The position numbers and the translations under genes were made by a program. A stretch of 64,000 bases of DNA from an uncultured Methanosarcinaceae archaeon (lineage in GTDB: Archaea > Halobacteriota > Methanosarcinia > Methanosarcinales > Methanosarcinaceae): NCBI GenBank assembly GCA_963727895.1, contig CAVSHT010000013.1, forward strand, positions 1 to 64,000. The letters are read 5' to 3'. Under the pieces are notes generated by a model. That model was given only the letters and a program-made list of their open reading frames with translations. It was not told where the DNA came from and did no database searches. This document shows, piece by piece, positions 24,691-34,689 of this stretch (positions are counted from its first letter, which is position 1; every line of letters begins with the position of its first letter).

Positions 24691-26169
24691 ATGAGAATTG
24701 ATGCGTATATCACTGAGTACGCCAAAAAAACTCCTCAAAGCATTGCCTTGGAAGAGGGAAAATGTTCAATTTCCTATAGCTGTCTTGATAACGATATAAA
24801 TTCCATTGCTTCGTCTTTGATGGATTTTAATCGTTGCCGGTTTGCAATACTGGCAGAGTCAGGCATGCAGTATATAAAAATGCTCATGGCGGTATATCGA
24901 TCTGCTAACATCGCAGTCCCTCTGCCAATAGAATTTCCTAAGTTCAGTCTTGAAAAAATCCTTGATGCTGCCCATGTCAACAATATCATCGCAACCGATA
25001 TTCAGTACTCAAGATTTGGAGAGGACTTTTTTGAGCGTTTTGGAACTGTGATAGTTATCTCCGGCAAGACTTCAGGAGAGGTTTTACGCAAGAATATTGA
25101 AACTAATACTAATAATCCTGAATTACGGCTGGTACTTTACACTTCAGGCACGACAGGCAGTCCAAAAGGGGTCATGTTAAGTGATAGAAGTCTGGTAGCA
25201 AATTCAGAGTCAATAATAAAGGTGCTCAGGCTAACTCCCAAAGATAAAGGAGCACTTGTGATCTCCCCACATCATGCTTTTGGGAATTCCATTATTAATT
25301 CTCATCTTATAGCTGGGAGCTCATTAAGGATTGGAAATATGAATTTCATGGATCCAGTTTTCAATCTTATAGAGTCAGAAGTATCCATATTTTATGGGGT
25401 ACCCAGTACTTACCGAATACTCCTTCGATATCCTGATAGATTCGGAAGAGTTTTTGCTAGCGTGAGAACTGCTGCATCAGCAGGTGGAGGAATGGATAAG
25501 TCGATTGTAAAAGAGATAACAGAGTTAGCTCCGTCTATGGAAATTCTACCTATGTATGGGCAGACTGAAGCAACTGCAAGGCTTGCCTATCTGCCGGCAG
25601 AAGACATAGGTGAGTTTGTAGACACTATAGGAAAAGCGATTCCAGGAGTTATATTGGATGTCTTTGATTCTAATCACAGATCTGTAGGTCCAAATATAAC
25701 GGGTGAACTGGTGGCTTCGGGAGATAATATTATGCTTGGGTATCTCGATGACGAAATTGCAACTGAAAAAAAAATTGTAAATGGGTGGCTGCATACAGGT
25801 GATCTTGCACAAAAATTGTCGAATGGATATATCAGACTGCTTGGACGCAAAGATGACCTAATCAAAATTGGTGACCATCGTATTAACCCAAGAGAAATTG
25901 AGAGAAGTATAGAAGAAAATAACGAAGTTTCTAAGGTTTTTGTTGTACCTGTATACCATGAACTTATGGGTACTGCAATTAGCCTTATGGTCATACCTGA
26001 AGCGGGAACAAAAATTGAAGAATTGTTTGCTTTCTGCCGAAAAAGCTTTCCAGCCTACCTATTTCCAAGAGAAATATTACTCATTGATCATCTTCCATTG
26101 AGCGAGAATGGGAAAATATCCAATCGATCCATAATAGAGGAGTACCAACATGTCAAAGCTAGTATGTAA
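24691..26169 (+). CDS. Class I adenylate-forming (ANL) ligase
   Basis: YTSGTTGSPKG, YGQTE, WLHTGD, GRKDDLIK, PLSENGKI. Confidence 0.93.
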   Translation: MRIDAYITEYAKKTPQSIALEEGKCSISYSCLDNDINSIASSLMDFNRCRFAILAESGMQYIKMLMAVYRSANIAVPLPIEFPKFSLEKILDAAHVNNIIATDIQYSRFGEDFFERFGTVIVISGKTSGEVLRKNIETNTNNPELRLVLYTSGTTGSPKGVMLSDRSLVANSESIIKVLRLTPKDKGALVISPHHAFGNSIINSHLIAGSSLRIGNMNFMDPVFNLIESEVSIFYGVPSTYRILLRYPDRFGRVFASVRTAASAGGGMDKSIVKEITELAPSMEILPMYGQTEATARLAYLPAEDIGEFVDTIGKAIPGVILDVFDSNHRSVGPNITGELVASGDNIMLGYLDDEIATEKKIVNGWLHTGDLAQKLSNGYIRLLGRKDDLIKIGDHRINPREIERSIEENNEVSKVFVVPVYHELMGTAISLMVIPEAGTKIEELFAFCRKSFPAYLFPREILLIDHLPLSENGKISNRSIIEEYQHVKASM

Positions 26170-27187
26170 AAAGTGCATTCTGGATTCGGAGATTCCAGGC
26201 ATACAAATCAATGAGGACACGGGACTCTGTCATTTTTGTGAGACATATAAGCCCCTTACTTCACAGGAAAAGAATGAGTATCTGATAAAAATTGAAAAAC
26301 TTTTTGATGAATACTGTGGAAAAGGCAAATACGATGCAATTTATGCACTTTCAGGTGGTAAAGATTCTTCGTATACGCTCTACAAGCTCAAAAAAGATTA
26401 TCCTTTCCTTAAGATGCTCGCTGTGCAGTTTGATAATGGGTTTACTTCTGAAAACGCAATAAAGAATGCAAAAAAAATGTGTAAGATCACAGGTTGTGAT
26501 TACTTCCAGCTGACAATGGAAAAAGAAGTTCTATACGATACTTTTAGAAAAGCTGCAGATTCATACGATGCGTTTCCAAAGTTTGCTAAATATAGAGCCA
26601 GTGATATATGCAATGTTTGCATCACTATCATCAAACAGAAATTGATAGAACAGGCTATTCTTCAAAAAGCTCCTTTTATTATATTTGCCTTTACAGCTGG
26701 GCAGTCTCCTAATCCTATAATTAACTTATCTGTCAATTTTATTCAGTGGTCCAGAAATTTATTTGAGAAACAGCTTCAAAAAATAGGTATTGACGATAAA
26801 GATGAAGTCTTTCTCTTGAAAAAAGAGGTTCTTGAAAGCATAAGTGAGAATGTTCCAAGTATTCTGCATCCCCTGTGTCTATGGGAATATAGTGAGGATA
26901 AAGTGCTTGAGACCTTGCTGGATATAGGGTGGGAACTTCCAGGAATTAGTGATAGCAATTCAACTAACTGTACACTGAACTCTTTTGCCTGTTACAATCA
27001 TCTGGAAAAGTACGGGTTTCATCCCTATGCTTTTGACATAGCAGGGCTTGTTCGAGCTGGGGAAATGACAAAAGAGGAAGGACTTGAGAAAGTTAACCAG
27101 GAACTATCAAAGCCATTGATAGAAGAAGCTAAAAGAAAACTCAAGTTGGATATGAAAAGCTCACAAAAAATATCCATTAAAGTTTGA
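26150..27187 (+). CDS. N-type ATP pyrophosphatase (WbpG/PseA-like amide/amidine-forming enzyme)
   Basis: N-terminal CKKC..CHFC, PP-loop ALSGGKDSS, FDNGF, CNVC, STNC, RAGEMTKEEGL; overlaps the ligase by 20 nt. Confidence 0.8.
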   Translation: MSKLVCKKCILDSEIPGIQINEDTGLCHFCETYKPLTSQEKNEYLIKIEKLFDEYCGKGKYDAIYALSGGKDSSYTLYKLKKDYPFLKMLAVQFDNGFTSENAIKNAKKMCKITGCDYFQLTMEKEVLYDTFRKAADSYDAFPKFAKYRASDICNVCITIIKQKLIEQAILQKAPFIIFAFTAGQSPNPIINLSVNFIQWSRNLFEKQLQKIGIDDKDEVFLLKKEVLESISENVPSILHPLCLWEYSEDKVLETLLDIGWELPGISDSNSTNCTLNSFACYNHLEKYGFHPYAFDIAGLVRAGEMTKEEGLEKVNQELSKPLIEEAKRKLKLDMKSSQKISIKV

Positions 27188-27238
27188 TTTTGAGATACTG
27201 CCTAAATAGAACAATTTGATTATATTGGGAGTGATATT

Positions 27239-28231
27239 ATGCAGATTGTAGAAGAACTGAGAGTAAATATATTGGAAGAACTCACTAGAGATATTGATAA
27301 AGTCTCTTTAAAACTCAGATATTTTATTAGAGATCAGGTAAAGGGTTATAAGAAAAAAGGCGTGGTTATAGGGGTTTCAGGAGGTATTGACTCGGCTGTG
27401 ATACTTACCCTCTGTGTACAGGAACTCGGAAAAGAAAATGTATATGCACTCCTTCTTCCTGAAGATGAATCTGCCCCATCCAGCAAAATTCTGGGAGCGG
27501 AAATCTGTGAAAATCTGGGTGTATCGTATGAAGAGGTACCTATCTCTCCTATCTTAAGAGCTCTTAATATCTATGATAAGAAAGAACAGATTATAAAGAG
27601 AGCCTGCCCTGAATATGATGCCAGAATTCATAAAACGTCGCTGGTGCTGCCTGATTTTCTTAGCCAGGGACTTCTAAATGTTCCATATATTCGTCTGGTC
27701 AAAAATGGTGAAACTATTGGGAAGTACAGGTTGAAGGCAACTGATTACCTTGAATTAATAGGATTGCAGGGTTTCAAGCAAAGATCCAGAATGGTTGTCC
27801 AATATATGTATGCCGAATCGATGAATTACGTAGTTTGCGGCACTACCAACAAGACTGAACTGGTTCTTGGTCAATTTGTAAAATATGGAGATGGAGGTGT
27901 AGATTTAGAACCTCTTGCAGACTGTTATAAGACTCAGGTTTATGCTTTAGGGAAATATTTGGGTGTCAATGAAGAAATTATTAAACGCCCTCCAAGTGCT
28001 GATACATGGAGCCATTATACAACTGATGAGGAATTCTACTGGCGCATGCCAATTCAGATAATGGATCAACTGCTTTATTCTCAGGAACATCATTTGCCTT
28101 TAGATGTGGTTGAAAAGAACACTGGATTGTCCAGAAATCAGATAGAAAAAGCTCAGAACCACATCAATAAAATAAAAGACACCACAGAATATGTGCGAGC
28201 CGCGCCGCCGATTTGCTATATTAACAGATAA
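27239..28231 (+). CDS. nadE: NAD+ synthetase-like amidoligase (divergent NadE)
   Basis: GVSGGIDSA, GTTNKTE, KYGDG, KTQVYAL, PPSAD; central insertion, and FKQRSRM in place of the usual KARxRM. Confidence 0.8.
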   Translation: MQIVEELRVNILEELTRDIDKVSLKLRYFIRDQVKGYKKKGVVIGVSGGIDSAVILTLCVQELGKENVYALLLPEDESAPSSKILGAEICENLGVSYEEVPISPILRALNIYDKKEQIIKRACPEYDARIHKTSLVLPDFLSQGLLNVPYIRLVKNGETIGKYRLKATDYLELIGLQGFKQRSRMVVQYMYAESMNYVVCGTTNKTELVLGQFVKYGDGGVDLEPLADCYKTQVYALGKYLGVNEEIIKRPPSADTWSHYTTDEEFYWRMPIQIMDQLLYSQEHHLPLDVVEKNTGLSRNQIEKAQNHINKIKDTTEYVRAAPPICYINR

Positions 28232-28419
28232 CTTGTAAAAAAGCCTGTCTTAAAGGTTATACTGGCTAAAATACGATTAAAAATGAGAAATTTCATGTTT
28301 GCCTCCAGCAAATATTCATCTGTAAACTATCAACTATAAACTGCTAGAACCTTTCTGACAGGAGTCTTTTCATATAAATTTCATTGTGAAAACTGAAACT
28401 CACTCAATATTTTTAAAAT

Positions 28420-29559
28420 ATGGATATGAATACCAAGGTCTCAATTGTTGAATGTCAGGATTATTCTGATGCCAAAAAAGCGGTAAAAGAAGCATTGAAC
28501 CTGATAGGTGGGCTTGAGAAGATTATGGCTCCTGGCAACCGTGTGCTTCTCAAACCCAATGTGCTTGCTATTAGACCGCCAGAAGATGCTGTTACTACTC
28601 ATCCGGCAGTAGTAGCTGCTATGTGCGAATTGGTTTTAGAAGCTGGAGGTATCCCAGTTATAGGAGATGGTTCTGGCATTGTAAAACCCGGCTCTACTAC
28701 AACTTCACAGGCGTTTAAAGCGTCTGGTATTGAGAAGGTTGCTTCTGATCATGGGGTTGAGCTTCTCAATTTTGAGACTTCAGGCTTTGTTGAGGTTGAT
28801 GTTCCGGGCACAAAACAGTTTTCTCATTTACATATCTCAAAAGCTGTGCTTGAAGCAGATGTAATAATCTCGCTTCCCAAGCTCAAGACTCATGAGCTCA
28901 CGCTTTATACAGGGGCAGTCAAAAATTTCTTCGGGACCACTCCTCAGAAAACCCGAAAACAAGCTCATTTTTTAGAAGACCGTACTCGTTTTGGGGAGGC
29001 GGTTATCGATATATATTCTGCCGTAAAACCTCAGCTTGCAGTTATGGATGGTATAGTTGGAATGGAGGGAAATGGTCCTTCTAATGGTACATCTATTTTT
29101 GCAGGTGTGATTATGGCTAGTTATGACTGTGTGGCACTGGATATTGTAGCCTCTAAGCTTATAGGAATCGATCCTTTGAAGGTGCCTACAAATAGAGTTG
29201 CACTTGCAAGAGGATTCGGAACAGAACATCCTGAGATTGTGGGGACACCCATGGAAAAGGTAAAGGTCAAATTCAAAAACCCGGAAGGTGGAAGCACTGC
29301 TTATATCCCAGCTTTTCTTATGAGAATTCTTCGAAGGCAATTAGCTGTAAAACCAATTATCAACACTTCAAACTGTGCATTTTGCAAGGCATGTGTTTCA
29401 AACTGTTCGGTACACGCCATTGAAGAGGTAGGCAAGTCACTCAAAATTAACGAGGAAAAATGCATTCAATGTTATTGCTGCCGCGAGCTTTGTCCTAAAG
29501 GTGCGGTAGAATTGAAAAAATCGTTGTTTTTAAAGCTTGTTACTCGAATTAAAAGTTAA
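28420..29559 (+). CDS. DUF362 domain plus 2x[4Fe-4S] ferredoxin protein
   Basis: LLKPN, TTHP, PKLKTH, GAVKN, GMEGNGP; CAFCKACVSNC and CIQCYCCRELCP. Confidence 0.88.
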   Translation: MDMNTKVSIVECQDYSDAKKAVKEALNLIGGLEKIMAPGNRVLLKPNVLAIRPPEDAVTTHPAVVAAMCELVLEAGGIPVIGDGSGIVKPGSTTTSQAFKASGIEKVASDHGVELLNFETSGFVEVDVPGTKQFSHLHISKAVLEADVIISLPKLKTHELTLYTGAVKNFFGTTPQKTRKQAHFLEDRTRFGEAVIDIYSAVKPQLAVMDGIVGMEGNGPSNGTSIFAGVIMASYDCVALDIVASKLIGIDPLKVPTNRVALARGFGTEHPEIVGTPMEKVKVKFKNPEGGSTAYIPAFLMRILRRQLAVKPIINTSNCAFCKACVSNCSVHAIEEVGKSLKINEEKCIQCYCCRELCPKGAVELKKSLFLKLVTRIKS

Positions 29560-29715
29560 AAGAATAAGCCTTAGATTCATCTCAGCAGACTGAATATTTG
29601 TGTTCAACAGATTCTTAATATTAGAATTAATCCTTAGAATTAATCCGCATAATATGTAAAATATATTTATTCTTAAAAGAACAATAGAAAATGAGTATAA
29701 AATAACTTTATAGAA

Positions 29716-30264
29716 ATGGGGGGCATTGGTATGACTACTTTAGTTTCTAATAGAGATCAAGTAGCTTATCGTGAAATCACGAGTTATTACCACAGTAATA
29801 AAATCCTGTTTGGTATCAAATATTTTAAGAATTGGGTTCTTGAACGACTTGCCTCAATTGCTCCTGTTCCTTCCTGGAGGGCGAAATTGCACAGGATGCG
29901 AGGTGTAAACATTGGGAAGAATGTATATGTTGGCTATGACGTGGTTTTTGATAGGATTCACCCTGAATTAATTACAGTAGGAGATTATTCTGAAATCGGG
30001 GATCGGTGTATACTATCGGCGCATTCTAGAGGAAGTCTGACTACAAGACAGGCGTATCCAAGAACCATGGCTCCAATAAAAATCGGACGTGGAGTTTGTG
30101 TAAATCCGGGGTGTATAATCACGCAAGGGGTCGAAATTGGAGATAATTCGATAATAGGTATTGGGTCCGTAGTTAACCGTGATATTTCTCCCAATAGTCT
30201 TGCTCTTGGTTATCCTGCAAAAGTAGTCAAAAAACTTGAAGGTGTAGGGGAACTTAAAACTTGA
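29716..30264 (+). CDS. Left-handed beta-helix acyltransferase (maltose O-acetyltransferase-like)
   Basis: GVNIGKNVYVG, ITVGDYSEIG, ILSAH, IGDNSIIGIGSVV, GYPAKVVK. Confidence 0.88.
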   Translation: MGGIGMTTLVSNRDQVAYREITSYYHSNKILFGIKYFKNWVLERLASIAPVPSWRAKLHRMRGVNIGKNVYVGYDVVFDRIHPELITVGDYSEIGDRCILSAHSRGSLTTRQAYPRTMAPIKIGRGVCVNPGCIITQGVEIGDNSIIGIGSVVNRDISPNSLALGYPAKVVKKLEGVGELKT

Positions 30265-30283
30265 TTTTAACACCTTCATAGCT

Positions 30284-30868
30284 TTATTTTTCAGTTTTGT
30301 ATTTCAGTTCAAAACCGTATTTACTCAGGGCAAAGAGTGCCATTATTATTACCAAGAATATGAAAAAGACTGATATAAAAGATGTTATCAGGTAATGAAA
30401 GAGCCCAGTTTCCCGAAAACTTACATCCATCATTGAAAATAGACTGATTTTTTTCTCGTATATAGGATAAAGGTACTCACAGCCGCCTTCACTGATGTCA
30501 TCCAGCAGTAAGTGTGAAGTGAAGGCAACCTCTGCAAGAATTCCAAGATACATTGCCTTGTCAAGTTTTCTATACAACGCATATCCTATAATTATTCCGA
30601 ACAGGACTGCAGGAATACTGAATATGAGCGAATGTGTTGGAATCGGTCCAATCCAGCAATGTTCCATAGTACCTTTTACGAGGAAGCTGTGAACAACCAC
30701 AATATCCGGAAATAACGAACATATGCTACCTACAAACAGCAACAATAGTAAATGTTTTGAGTCTTTAAGAGAAAATTCTCCTCTAAAAAAAGATCTGGTA
30801 GTAGCGTAGACTGCTCCTGCACAGATACAGAATACGAAAAATAACACATCAACAACTGGATAGGGCAT
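30284..30868 (-). CDS. Membrane-bound metal-dependent hydrolase (YdjM-like)
   Basis: SLFPD, THSL, SHLLLD motifs; hydrophobic. Confidence 0.8.
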   Translation of the reverse strand: MPYPVVDVLFFVFCICAGAVYATTRSFFRGEFSLKDSKHLLLLLFVGSICSLFPDIVVVHSFLVKGTMEHCWIGPIPTHSLIFSIPAVLFGIIIGYALYRKLDKAMYLGILAEVAFTSHLLLDDISEGGCEYLYPIYEKKISLFSMMDVSFRETGLFHYLITSFISVFFIFLVIIMALFALSKYGFELKYKTEK

Positions 30869-31071
30869 AAGGAAACACTTTATAGCTTTTTAATGTAAAA
30901 ACTTTTAAAGTTAGTATAAATTGTTTCTTTACATACATAAAATTTTTTAAGTTTCTCTGGTTGGGAATTATTCTCCATAAAAAAGATTTTGTGGAAAATA
31001 ATTTACTTCAAAGGCGCTTCAAGAATTCAGAATAATTTTTTCCTTGCCCACTTAATTAACTAGAGACTGCC

Positions 31072-32190
31072 TTAAAGAGGAATTAGCTCAACAATCATTC
31101 CATCTTCAAATGGGTATCTCTCAATAATTAGAAGTTTTGACCTAGAAAGTTCCAGTTCTCCCTTAATGTCTTCCTTTAACTCTTCAAGTATCCACCATGC
31201 TATCTCGATTTTTCCTTCTTTTACTTCAAATAATTCTGAGGGAATTTCCATATTCTGAAGAGTTTTTTCTACAAGTTTCTGGTCTCCTTCTTCAATAACT
31301 CCATATACCAGAGTGCCATCGTCTGTAATTTCATCAAACTCTCTTGCTGTGTTTTTTGCAATACGCTGAAATCTTTTGCGTAGTTGGATGGCATCTTTAT
31401 ATGTTGAAGAGCAAAAATGGGTTTTTTTACACGTTGGGGCGGCAATTTTAGCAGATTTACATGATCCGGCAGCTGCACTGGATGTATCTGACTCGAGGTA
31501 AAAGCCATTTTTCAGGAGAGCTTCAGAATTATTATCAGAAAATTCCAGTTCATTTAAGTTAAGAAAAACTCCCATTTCTTCTGCAAAAGCTGCTACTTTT
31601 TCTAATTCTTCAAGGGCAGGGATCTCGATTCCGACTTCAATTCCAAGCTCCTTTGCATTTTTCAGGGCATCTGCATATTGACTGGTTTTAAGATCTTCCC
31701 AGCATTCCTGAGGAGGATGTAAACGGATTTCATCAAGGCCTGCATCTGCGAGCTTTTCAAGGACCTGCCTGCTGGGAGCCAGTGAAGTATACAGATGAAT
31801 ATGGTGTTTTTTTCCAAAAGAATCCTTAAGCAGTTGAATATAATGTAGGACTCGTTCTATTTTCAGTAAGGGCTCTCCTCCTGTTATTCCTGTTCCGAGA
31901 GCATTCATAAGCTCTGCTTCTTTTATTACATCTTTATCGTTTCCCACAGATCTCTCATTAGCAAAAACAAGGTCTTTTCCTCGTCTTTCCTCTGAAAGCG
32001 GGCAGTAAAAACAGTTTTTTGGACAGAGACCTATTACAAAGAGTACCATTTTAGCGCCTTCCTGGCAGAGTCTACACCCTGTAGAAAGATAACTGTAAAA
32101 AGAGCCAGTTTCATCTTCAGTGAACTTTTCCATACCTGAATCTGCATATTCTTTTTTTATATATAAGGCTTGTTTTTGGTTTTCATACAT
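31072..32190 (-). CDS. Radical SAM protein (conserved archaeal family)
   Basis: CPKNCFYC, ITGGEP, LDEIRLHP; start possibly the later Met (MEKF). Confidence 0.9.
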   Translation of the reverse strand: MYENQKQALYIKKEYADSGMEKFTEDETGSFYSYLSTGCRLCQEGAKMVLFVIGLCPKNCFYCPLSEERRGKDLVFANERSVGNDKDVIKEAELMNALGTGITGGEPLLKIERVLHYIQLLKDSFGKKHHIHLYTSLAPSRQVLEKLADAGLDEIRLHPPQECWEDLKTSQYADALKNAKELGIEVGIEIPALEELEKVAAFAEEMGVFLNLNELEFSDNNSEALLKNGFYLESDTSSAAAGSCKSAKIAAPTCKKTHFCSSTYKDAIQLRKRFQRIAKNTAREFDEITDDGTLVYGVIEEGDQKLVEKTLQNMEIPSELFEVKEGKIEIAWWILEELKEDIKGELELSRSKLLIIERYPFEDGMIVELIPL

Positions 32191-32266
32191 GAGTCTGGAG
32201 ATGTCTTTATAAGAATAAGGCTTTTCTCAGAAACTGATATATTCATAAGGTGCTAAAAGTTCAAGG

Positions 32267-32454
32267 ATGTCTGAAAAAAATGGATACGTAGTGGTTTTCG
32301 GCTGTAAAAGGTGCGGAAAATGTAAAGATATGTGTGTCCTGTGGGCGCAATTTATGAAGAAAACGAGCTTTCAAAGATCGATCAAGATAAGTGCACCCGT
32401 TGTATGAAATGCATAGACGTATGTACAAACAAGGTCATCATCTATACGGAATAA
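32267..32454 (+). CDS. Small 2x[4Fe-4S] ferredoxin (2-nt GT insertion near 32335)
   Basis: MSEKNGYVVVFGCKRCGKCKDMC then, shifted, PVGAIYEE...CTRCMKCIDVC...TE*; absent from the ORF track. Confidence 0.8.
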
Positions 32455-32491
32455 GATGTTTTAACATAGAACAAATTCTGCTTTATAGGAG

Positions 32492-33253
32492 GTGATTCCT
32501 GTTAGCATAGAAGAAATTCCATTTGAGATGAATAAGATTACTGTTTATGGAAAAATTATAGACATTACAATCCCGATTTCTTCTTTTACAAAGATTTTTC
32601 CCGGCGATCCGATTCCTGTAATTGAAAAGGTATGTACTCTTGAAAAAAAAGGCTGTGTTGTATCAAAATTAAGTTTTGGAAGTCATACCGGCACTCATAT
32701 TGATGCTCCTTCTCATGTCCTGAAAAACGGCGTGACCGTTGATAAACTGGAACTCAAAAACCTTATGGGCACGGCTGTTGTACTAGATTTTTCTTCACTA
32801 TCCGGTAAACTAACAGCTGATATTCTCGAAAACGCTTTCCGAAATATAATAGCTCCTGAAGATACCTCGGTTCTTCTTTTAAAGACCGAAGCTTTTTCCC
32901 GGAAACCGGAAAGAAAAGGTGAAAGTAGTTATTCAGTCTACGATTCAAGTTTTCATAATATGGAATCCGGAATGGAAGAATTATACTCTCCTCCATACCT
33001 TGAAGAAAGTGGAGCAGCCTGGATTGTCAAAAAAGGGTTCAAAACTGTTGGAATTGATAACTTTTCAGTGGATAACTTTTATTCTGAAACTCTACCTGCT
33101 CATCATATCCTTCTTTCAGGTAATGTGAACATAGTAGAGTATCTCGAACTTAGTTCCATAAAAGCTGGAATTTATTTCTTCATATGCCTTCCCTTAAAAA
33201 TTGATAACTGTGACGGCGCACCTGCAAGAGCCTTATTAATTTCTTACTCTTAA
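32492..33253 (+). CDS. Cyclase / kynurenine formamidase family protein
   Basis: HTGTHIDAPSH, VGID, DGAPARA. Confidence 0.9.
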   Translation: MIPVSIEEIPFEMNKITVYGKIIDITIPISSFTKIFPGDPIPVIEKVCTLEKKGCVVSKLSFGSHTGTHIDAPSHVLKNGVTVDKLELKNLMGTAVVLDFSSLSGKLTADILENAFRNIIAPEDTSVLLLKTEAFSRKPERKGESSYSVYDSSFHNMESGMEELYSPPYLEESGAAWIVKKGFKTVGIDNFSVDNFYSETLPAHHILLSGNVNIVEYLELSSIKAGIYFFICLPLKIDNCDGAPARALLISYS

Positions 33254-33580
33254 TTTTTTGATTTCCTATTTTTATCCCGGATTCTTCAATTCTTAGCCTG
33301 AATTTTAATTTATGCATTTTCATAATAGGGTTCGTTGTATTTCATTTAGGGCTACGTTGAATTATCAATATATCTCAAGTAGCTTGAAATCTACATAATA
33401 AATAAAAGAAAATCTTAAAGGATAAAACAGATTAAAATATAAACAATAGAGGAGACAATGAATATATCCAGAGATAAAATACAGAATATCAACAGACAAT
33501 GAATATGTCTAGAAATAAAATACAAAATATCAAGATAAAATGAAAAATAAAAGGAGGGCTTAGGATAGAAGAAGAGTGTA

Positions 33581-34014
33581 ATGAAAATCTGCTTTGCATA
33601 CCTTTTACGGAAGAGCAGTTTGTGGAAATAAAAAAGTATGCAGACATTAGTGGCATGGGAGTTGAAGAATTTATAAAAAGCGTTTGTCTGACTCACTGTC
33701 TTCAGCAAATGGAATGTCTTTACGGGCAGAAGGCAGAGATGCCTGAGACTATGGGAAGCACTGCAAAACTGGAGAGTGGAATAAATATAGAGCCACGGAA
33801 AGTTGAGGTTAAAGGTCAAAAGCCAGGCTCAACCTCAAAAGATCTGCTTGATGGGCCGCTGGTTCTGGACCAGCAATGTATTATGGACTTATTTGCAATC
33901 AAAAGAGAGTTCGGCAACATTTCGAATAATAAGATTATCACTATAGCCCTGAAACTGGGTCTGAACCAGCTCAGTGTAGCTCTTGGTCTTCTTAAAAGTA
34001 AATTGAAAGAATAA
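33581..34014 (+). CDS. Hypothetical protein (probable frameshift near 33605)
   Basis: ATG 33581 after GGAGG/AGAG; the main frame TEEQFVEIKKYAD... begins after a T-run. Confidence 0.5.
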
Positions 34015-34113
34015 AATGCATGGGAAAAAGAAAAAGGATTTTATGAACGATTCTTTCCAGAAAACTTTCTGCGGCTGCATTTTATTAAAATTTATCTCTA
34101 GTAATTGTTACTG

Positions 34114-34689
34114 TTAAGCTTTGCTGTCAGGGTTTTCAAGTTTGCCCTTATACCATTCCAAAAAATTGTCGATGGCTCTGCGCCGATGGGAAACTTTATT
34201 TTTCTCTATATCTCCCAGTTCCCCAAAGGTCGAGCCTTGGTACTCGAAAAGAGGGTCATATCCAAAACCACCTGTGCCTCTTTCTTCATGAGCTATTTTT
34301 CCTTCCACTACTCCGGGGAAAACCAGAGGCTCTTTTCCGGGTTCACAATACCCAATAACAGTTTTAAAATACGCTGCCCTGTCAGTTTCTCCTTCCATAA
34401 GCTTAAGCACTTTCAAGTTTCCGAGTTTGTCCTCTATAAAGCGAGAATAAGGGCCTGGAAAGCCGTTTAAAGCTTTTATGAATATCCCTGAATCATCCAC
34501 CATTACAGGCATGTTCAGTTTATTTGCAACATGCTGAGCCCCATACGCTGCAATGGGTTCAAGCTCGGTCTCTTGAAGTTCGGGGTATCCATCATTGTTT
34601 TGTATTACTTTAATTCCAAATGTATTGAGAATATCTCTTACTTCGGCAAATTTACCTTTGTTTCCTGTAACAAACACGATCTTATGCAT
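34114..34689 (-). CDS. rdgB: Non-canonical purine NTP pyrophosphatase (RdgB/HAM1)
   Basis: VTGNKGK, DDSG, GFPGPYS, GFGYDP, KNKVSHR. Confidence 0.96.
   Translation of the reverse strand: MHKIVFVTGNKGKFAEVRDILNTFGIKVIQNNDGYPELQETELEPIAAYGAQHVANKLNMPVMVDDSGIFIKALNGFPGPYSRFIEDKLGNLKVLKLMEGETDRAAYFKTVIGYCEPGKEPLVFPGVVEGKIAHEERGTGGFGYDPLFEYQGSTFGELGDIEKNKVSHRRRAIDNFLEWYKGKLENPDSKA

Noticed and set aside
24439..26169. ACP and ligase as part of a fatty-acid synthase or NRPS/PKS
   Set aside because: No ketosynthase, reductase, condensation or thioesterase domains in the window; better described as a stand-alone carrier loading system.
33453..33534. 41-bp imperfect tandem duplication and overlapping minus-strand ORF 33415-33819
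   Set aside because: AT-rich local duplication; the ORF is antisense and low-complexity with no functional evidence.
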